NCBI GenBank assembly: GCA_002363545.1
Contig: DEWF01000001.1
Span: 240,272 to 304,271, forward strand
Length of the DNA stretch: 64,000 bases
Source of the DNA: Christensenella sp. UBA3217
GTDB lineage: Bacteria > Bacillota > Clostridia > Christensenellales > CAG-1252
Direction of reading: 5' to 3'
The stretch's first letter is position 1; every line of letters begins with the position of its first letter. The notes under the pieces are model-generated. The model worked only from the letters and a program-made list of their open reading frames with translations, searched no databases and was not told where the DNA came from. The translations under genes were made by a program, and so were the position numbers. Shown in pieces: positions 58,410-64,000 of the stretch.

Positions 58410-60460
58410 ACCTTTTTCACCTTTTGCGCAGCCCCGCGTTTCACCGTGGTGGTAAAATTCCCTATCTTCACGATATAATCGCCGTTTCGCTTTAGCCCTA
58501 CCACCGTTGCTATCTTGGATATTTTTTTGATGTACACTTCGTCGCCTACGTCGGCAACGCCGCCAACAAGCTCCGGTTCAAGCTCGTCCTCATCCACTTC
58601 TTCCCGATTTGCGATCTCTTCAATGCGTTTTCTCAGTTTTGCCGCCTCAAAGTAATCCTTGGGTTGGGGTTCGTCCAAGAGTTTTTTCAACTCCGCCAGG
58701 ATCTCGTTCACTTCTTCCAGTGATTCCGCCACTCTGCGCTTCACTTCGGATCGAACCGTTGCCGCAAGTTTTTCCCTCAAAAGGAACAGTTTGTTCTTTT
58801 CATCCTGTAAGGCGCGTTTTTCCTCACGAAGGGCATCGTTGAGTTCCTTGCCCGTTTCTTTTTCCTTTTCCGCCTGGCGGCGTGCTTGGTCTGCGGACAT
58901 TAAAACTTCGTCAAAATACACGCGGTCCGCCCCCACTTTTCCTTTTGCTTCTTGAATGATCTCCTTATCAAGCCCCAAACGCTCGGCAATTTGCAAAGCA
59001 TTGGACGTACCGGGAATGCCGATGATCAAATGAAAAGTGGGTTCATAAGTTTCCGGATCAAAGTCCATGGAAGCGTTTTCCACACCCTGTGTGCTGTAAG
59101 AATACTCTTTTAACTTGCCATAATGAGTGGTGATGATCGCTTTTGCCCCGCTCTTCAAGATACGGTCCGTTATGCAAACGGCAAGCGCAGCGCCCTCGTC
59201 GGGATCGGTCCCCGCACCGAGTTCATCCAAGAGAATGAGGGAACGCTCGTTGTAATCACGCATGATCTCAACGATGTTTTTAATATGAGAGGAAAAGGTG
59301 CTGAGGCTTTGCTCGATACTTTGCTCGTCACCCACATCGCAGAACACGTGATCAAATACAGAAACCTCGCTTTCTTCCTCTGCGGGAATAAACAAACCGC
59401 ATTCCGTCATTAACACAAACAACCCAACTAACTTTAAGGAAACGGTTTTTCCACCTGTATTGGGCCCGGTGATCAATAAAATGTTGTAATCCTTTCCGAT
59501 AGACACAGAAACGGGCACCACCCGTTCCTTATCGATCAAAGGATGCCTGCCTCTTTTTATATCGATATAGCCTCTCTGATTTAAAACGGGACGCGTAGAA
59601 CGAGTGGAAAGTGCGTATGCGGCACGCGCAAAAATAACGTCCATCGTCGTGATGATCTCATAATCGGCAAGCAGTTCGTCCGAAATCACGGAAACTCTTG
59701 CGGTAAACTCGTGCAGGATCCGTTCGATCTCCGTCTTTTCATCTGCAAGAAGCATCTTTAATTCGTTATTCATCTCCACGATAGCCATCGGTTCCACATA
59801 TAAGGTTTGCCCCGACGCGGAACGATCGTGCACCAACCCCGCGATCACCCCCTTAAACTCACGCTTAACGGGTATGACGTATCTATCACCGCGCATGGTC
59901 ACCACGCTGTCCTGCAATGCTTTTTGATATTCGGGAACGGAAATATAGCTATTGAGTTTGGCGCGTAAACGCTCACCGTTTCGTTTGATCTCACGCCTGA
60001 TAGCCCCCAAACGTTCCGAAGCACAATCATTCATTTCGGTTTCGGAAAAAATGCTTCTGTCTATCTCTTCCGCCAAGGTATTTTGCAAAAAGAGTTGATT
60101 GGACATCTTTGTAAGGATGGGCGCAATATTCCCATCCAATTTGCCGATAGAGTTTTTGAGATTCCTGGTCAAACGTAAAAGCCTTGCTATTTTAAGCAAT
60201 TCCCCCATGGTGAGCATGGACATTTTTTTCGCTCGCATGATACACTCGGTAATATCATCCACCTCAAAGGAAGGATAACAATTACAGCGATTCATGGCAT
60301 AATACGCTTCTTCCGTTTCCTTTTGCAATTGCGTTACGGTTAAGAGATCCGCACTCGGTTGTGTGGATAAAACACTTTGCTTTCCCTTTTCACTCCCCGC
60401 GCACAATGCCACGGCGGAAAGGATCTTATCAAGTTCCAAAGATCTGACGTTATTACTCAC
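58406..60460 (-). CDS. mutS2: MutS2 family ATPase lacking the C-terminal Smr domain
   Basis: DRSASGQTLYVEP, ITGPNTGGKT, SLSTFSSH, LDELGAGTDPDEG; ends after a KOW-like segment. Confidence 0.9.
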   Translation of the reverse strand: MSNNVRSLELDKILSAVALCAGSEKGKQSVLSTQPSADLLTVTQLQKETEEAYYAMNRCNCYPSFEVDDITECIMRAKKMSMLTMGELLKIARLLRLTRNLKNSIGKLDGNIAPILTKMSNQLFLQNTLAEEIDRSIFSETEMNDCASERLGAIRREIKRNGERLRAKLNSYISVPEYQKALQDSVVTMRGDRYVIPVKREFKGVIAGLVHDRSASGQTLYVEPMAIVEMNNELKMLLADEKTEIERILHEFTARVSVISDELLADYEIITTMDVIFARAAYALSTRSTRPVLNQRGYIDIKRGRHPLIDKERVVPVSVSIGKDYNILLITGPNTGGKTVSLKLVGLFVLMTECGLFIPAEEESEVSVFDHVFCDVGDEQSIEQSLSTFSSHIKNIVEIMRDYNERSLILLDELGAGTDPDEGAALAVCITDRILKSGAKAIITTHYGKLKEYSYSTQGVENASMDFDPETYEPTFHLIIGIPGTSNALQIAERLGLDKEIIQEAKGKVGADRVYFDEVLMSADQARRQAEKEKETGKELNDALREEKRALQDEKNKLFLLREKLAATVRSEVKRRVAESLEEVNEILAELKKLLDEPQPKDYFEAAKLRKRIEEIANREEVDEDELEPELVGGVADVGDEVYIKKISKIATVVGLKRNGDYIVKIGNFTTTVKRGAAQKVKKV

Positions 60461-62639
60461 CGATCTCCTCCGATATACACGTTATCACTTCTTTTTTCTC
60501 CGATCCGGTTAGCCCGATCAAACTGTAAAAACAGGATCTTTTTTCTAAAATCGGATAATACGTGATCTTATCTTCATACAAGGTAAAATCGCAAGATGCC
60601 GACCGTCTGCGAAGCATCTTATAACGATTATTGCCGTTTTGGTAATAGATCGTATCCTTTTCCTGTTTGCAACTGCCGCACTCCCGAGGATACACCACCG
60701 AAAAGGGACAATGCGCAAAACTCATTAGGGGCATTTTCCCTGCGCGATAGATCAGGTCCCCATAAAAAGGATACTCCACCGATGCACAAACGTGATCGGC
60801 ATCCGCAAACAGGCTTGCGGTCACGCTATTAAAAACGTTTAGTCCAAAACCGGCAATATACGGCTTGTTATACTGCCGTGCAAACGCCACGGCGTATAGA
60901 TTATCCGCATAAACGCCCACGTCAAGCGAACAAAGCAAGTCCTTAAAAAAGGATAACTCTTTCCCTCTAACGATCTTGGGCAAGCGAAGGTAGCACTTCC
61001 TTTCCCCCGCTGAACGAAGCATTGCGTGAAGCAAGTCCGCTTCCATTTTAGCGGGCGTTAACACAAAGGCGTCGGCAAAAGCGCAAGTTGCGATCTCTTC
61101 CGTTGTGGATACTTCCGCAATCTTTTTCGGAACACAGACCTTTCGTTCATCCTTGCAGCACACGCGAGGATCGTCAAAATAATAGTTAGGCGTATTGGTT
61201 TGAACGATCTTTTCACGCAGTTTCACTAAAAGAGAGCGCCGCATGTTATTTAATTCCGATGCGTTCAAATAAAGTGGCTGCTTGCTCATATCGGAAAAGC
61301 ATTGCACTTCAAAATCGGATGAACCCACTTTGGATAGTTTTTCCACCAGCGCCGCATTATCCTTACCATTCCCCTTTTGCGCAACGGATTCGCTCACAAC
61401 TTCCGCAATGATCGAACCGTACTCCGCACGTAAAGTGATCCTTTTATCTGCCTCCCCGGTTAGTACCAAACGAATGGGAAGTTTATTCACGATTCGTTCC
61501 GACTCGGCAACCTTGCGTTGACAAGTGGTAAGACATACTTGGTCACCTATTTTAACACCATCGCTTACGGGAATAAGATATAGTCCGTTTTCCAATCTCA
61601 CCGAAGTAACGTCACTTCCCCCCACTTCAACACCCTTTCGCAAGATCTTGGCGCCATCTCCTTTCTCAAAAGGATAGTTTGAGGAAACGCAAGCATATTT
61701 GTATCTGCCGCGCTCTTTTATCGAAAGGATTTTGCCTACGGGGATACCGATATGAGAAGCCGTTTGCACGTTAATGACCTTATCCGACTTGCGCAAGGTA
61801 TATCCTTTTGTAAAGCCGCGATTAAAACTCTCTTCAAGATCAACAAGGTCTTGCTTTACGTCCTTCCCATCCAAAAGATCACGATAATACTTTGTGGCGG
61901 CATAAACGTAAAGCGGACGTTTTAAACGCCCCTCAATTTTAATGGAATCGACCACATTACATTCGGGAGAAAGAACCTTTTCTCCCAACGAAAGATCTCT
62001 GGGAGATAAGAGTTTTCCTTTGGTGATCTCTCTTCCGTCTTCGTCAAGTGCGGTGTAAGTTAACCTGCACGCTTGATTACAAAGCCCTCTGTTTCCGCTG
62101 GCGTCATAAACCTTGCTGCCAAGTAAACACCCGCCCGAAAAGGATACGCACACCGCGCCTTGCGCAAAGATCTCTACTTCGGCAACCTTCTTTTTGATTT
62201 CGGCAACGTCCTGCAAAAGTGCTTCCCTTGCAAGGATAACACGTTTTATCCGAAGCCCCCTTAGCGCATCCACATCCATTGCGTTTTGCACTCCGGCTTG
62301 TGTGGATAAATGTAAAGGGATATTTGTTAAGTCGGATAACAATTTGACCATTCCGAGATCGGAAACGATCAGAGCATCCGCTCCGGCATTGACTGCCACG
62401 CGAGCAAGCGCCAAAACGCGCGGTATCTCCTCTTGTTTTACGGCGGTATTCAGCGTAACGTGCACTTTAACACCGAAAAGGTGAGCATAGCTCACCCAAT
62501 CGGAAAGATTATCCTCGTTAAAATCATTGGACTTGATACGAGCATTATGCTCACCAAGTCCGAGATAAACGGCATCGGCGCCCCCTTTAATTGCCGCTTT
62601 CAGGGCGGCTATACTGCCTGCGGGCGCAAGGATCTCCAT
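60453..62639 (-). CDS. U32 family RNA hydroxylase-like protein (long RlhA-type)
   Basis: EILAPAGS, GADAVY, CVSFSGGC...NRGLCNQACR cysteine motif, IKIEGRLK. Confidence 0.88.
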   Translation of the reverse strand: MEILAPAGSIAALKAAIKGGADAVYLGLGEHNARIKSNDFNEDNLSDWVSYAHLFGVKVHVTLNTAVKQEEIPRVLALARVAVNAGADALIVSDLGMVKLLSDLTNIPLHLSTQAGVQNAMDVDALRGLRIKRVILAREALLQDVAEIKKKVAEVEIFAQGAVCVSFSGGCLLGSKVYDASGNRGLCNQACRLTYTALDEDGREITKGKLLSPRDLSLGEKVLSPECNVVDSIKIEGRLKRPLYVYAATKYYRDLLDGKDVKQDLVDLEESFNRGFTKGYTLRKSDKVINVQTASHIGIPVGKILSIKERGRYKYACVSSNYPFEKGDGAKILRKGVEVGGSDVTSVRLENGLYLIPVSDGVKIGDQVCLTTCQRKVAESERIVNKLPIRLVLTGEADKRITLRAEYGSIIAEVVSESVAQKGNGKDNAALVEKLSKVGSSDFEVQCFSDMSKQPLYLNASELNNMRRSLLVKLREKIVQTNTPNYYFDDPRVCCKDERKVCVPKKIAEVSTTEEIATCAFADAFVLTPAKMEADLLHAMLRSAGERKCYLRLPKIVRGKELSFFKDLLCSLDVGVYADNLYAVAFARQYNKPYIAGFGLNVFNSVTASLFADADHVCASVEYPFYGDLIYRAGKMPLMSFAHCPFSVVYPRECGSCKQEKDTIYYQNGNNRYKMLRRRSASCDFTLYEDKITYYPILEKRSCFYSLIGLTGSEKKEVITCISEEIGE

Positions 62640-62640
62640 T

Positions 62641-64000
62641 TTAATCTCTGAGTTTTGCCCCAAAGGCGTCGGACATTGCCTTTAAGATATTGTCCACTGC
62701 GGAATTGACCTCTTCACCATCCAGCGTGCCGTCATCTTTTCTGAAAAGAAGGTTAAAGGCAACGGATTTTTTACCCGGAAGAACGCCCAAACCGGAATAC
62801 ACGTCAAAGATAGTAGCAGATCTTAAATAAGCTCCACCCGTTTGATTGATGAGCTTTAACATATCACCGCCGTAAACATCCTCCTTCACAACAAGTGCCA
62901 AGTCACGCTCGATGGAAGGGAATTTACTTACTGCAACAAAGGGGAGAAACTCTACGGCATATTCAAAGAACACGTCCAGATCCAACTCGGCAACGTAAAG
63001 CTTTTCATCAAACTTTCTCTGCTTGGTCACGGCGGGATGCATTTCGCCAATATAACCTATCTTTTTCCCGTTAACCGAAATAAACGCCTGTCTGTAAGGA
63101 TGCAGGAAGGGTTCATCGGAAGGAGTGAAATCCAACGCAATGCGGAAACGTTCTGCCAAGGATTCAATAACGCTCTTTAAGGAGAAAAAGTCTTCCTTTT
63201 CACCGAAAACGGCAAGTGCAAGCGTTTCTTTTTCAATGGCGGTATCCGTTACGGGAATAGCCTTGGGGAAATAGGTTTTACCTATCTCATAGAAACGCGC
63301 CGCTTTTACGCCGCGAGCGTAATTTGTTGCGCAGATGGAGAAAAGGCTGGGCGTTAGCGTGGTACGCATAACGGAAACGTCCTCACTGAGAGGGTTCATT
63401 ATGCGGATCACGTTTCTACGTGCATCCTCTTCCGAAAGTCGGAAGTCATCCATAAACTTGGGATTAACAAAGGAGTAAGAAAAGGTTTCCGAAAGGCCAC
63501 CGAAACCGGAAAGGAAGGCTTTCGTTTGCATTACCAAACGATCTTTACGGTTTCTTCCGCCCTGCGTTAACTTTTTACCATCCAAGGGTTTGCCCACGAT
63601 ATTGTCATAACCATAAAGACGGATCACTTCTTCCGCAATGTCGTTAGCTCCCACGATATCCTCGCGATAAGCCGGAACGGTCAAGGTGAATTCACCGGAC
63701 TTCTCCGTCACGCCGAATTGTAAAGAAGAAAGAATACGCACGATCTCCTCGGTGGGAATATCGATCCCCAAAATCTCATCGATTTTTTCTTTTTTCACAC
63801 AAAGGGTAGCCGGCGCAACTTCTTGCTTTAAGGAATCGATCTTTCCGCCCACAAAACTGCCCGCACCAAGACGGGAAACCAGTTGCATCGTACGGATCAA
63901 CGCAAGATCCTGGCTCACGTAATCAATGCCTTTTTCAAAGCGCGCGGAAGAATCGGAATGCAAGCCAAGCATCCTTGCCGTCTTACGCACGTTATCACGC
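62641..64000 (-). CDS. pheT: Phenylalanine-tRNA ligase beta subunit, 5'-truncated by the window edge
   Basis: DSSARFEKG, YREDIV...DIAEEVIRLYGY, MRTTL, FPSIERDLA, LR at the C-terminus. Confidence 0.96.
   Translation of the reverse strand, partial: RDNVRKTARMLGLHSDSSARFEKGIDYVSQDLALIRTMQLVSRLGAGSFVGGKIDSLKQEVAPATLCVKKEKIDEILGIDIPTEEIVRILSSLQFGVTEKSGEFTLTVPAYREDIVGANDIAEEVIRLYGYDNIVGKPLDGKKLTQGGRNRKDRLVMQTKAFLSGFGGLSETFSYSFVNPKFMDDFRLSEEDARRNVIRIMNPLSEDVSVMRTTLTPSLFSICATNYARGVKAARFYEIGKTYFPKAIPVTDTAIEKETLALAVFGEKEDFFSLKSVIESLAERFRIALDFTPSDEPFLHPYRQAFISVNGKKIGYIGEMHPAVTKQRKFDEKLYVAELDLDVFFEYAVEFLPFVAVSKFPSIERDLALVVKEDVYGGDMLKLINQTGGAYLRSATIFDVYSGLGVLPGKKSVAFNLLFRKDDGTLDGEEVNSAVDNILKAMSDAFGAKLRD

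Noticed and set aside
45406-62639. Clustering of RNA-modification genes (miaA, miaB, thiI, iscS, U32) as a new system
   Set aside because: The miaB-mutS-mutL-miaA and iscS-thiI groupings are well-known conserved gene orders.

Overview
Core-genome window of a low-GC, endospore-forming Firmicute. Gene content points to Clostridia; it could be an uncultured gut lineage (inference). Positions 1-30.3 kb are almost all + strand: parC/gyrA-like, spoIIIAA-AH, asp23-nusB-folD-xseAB-ispA, an OLE RNA with oapA, dxs-tlyA-nadK-argR-recN-spoIVB, spoIIM-like, dacF, scpAB, dacB, rluB, surE, cmk and an ispH-rpsA fusion. Positions 30-45 kb are mixed in orientation: Pit/DUF47, a DEDDh-ASCH fusion, six tRNAs, spoIIA, spoVA, a GH13-like pseudoenzyme, dnaX-ebfC-recR, a membrane-anchored PadR protein, a Xer recombinase and lexA. 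Positions 45.4-64 kb are almost all - strand: ynbB-like, miaA, mutL, mutS, miaB, thiI, iscS, mutS2, a U32 protein and pheT. This converging orientation suggests the replication terminus. A perfect 14-6-14 palindrome just upstream of the Xer gene is a candidate dif site of a single-recombinase system. No CRISPR array, rRNA, prophage or intact IS element was seen. Many start codons were moved from the ORF track to the codon supported by an RBS or by family homology. All family calls come from motif recognition, not database searches.
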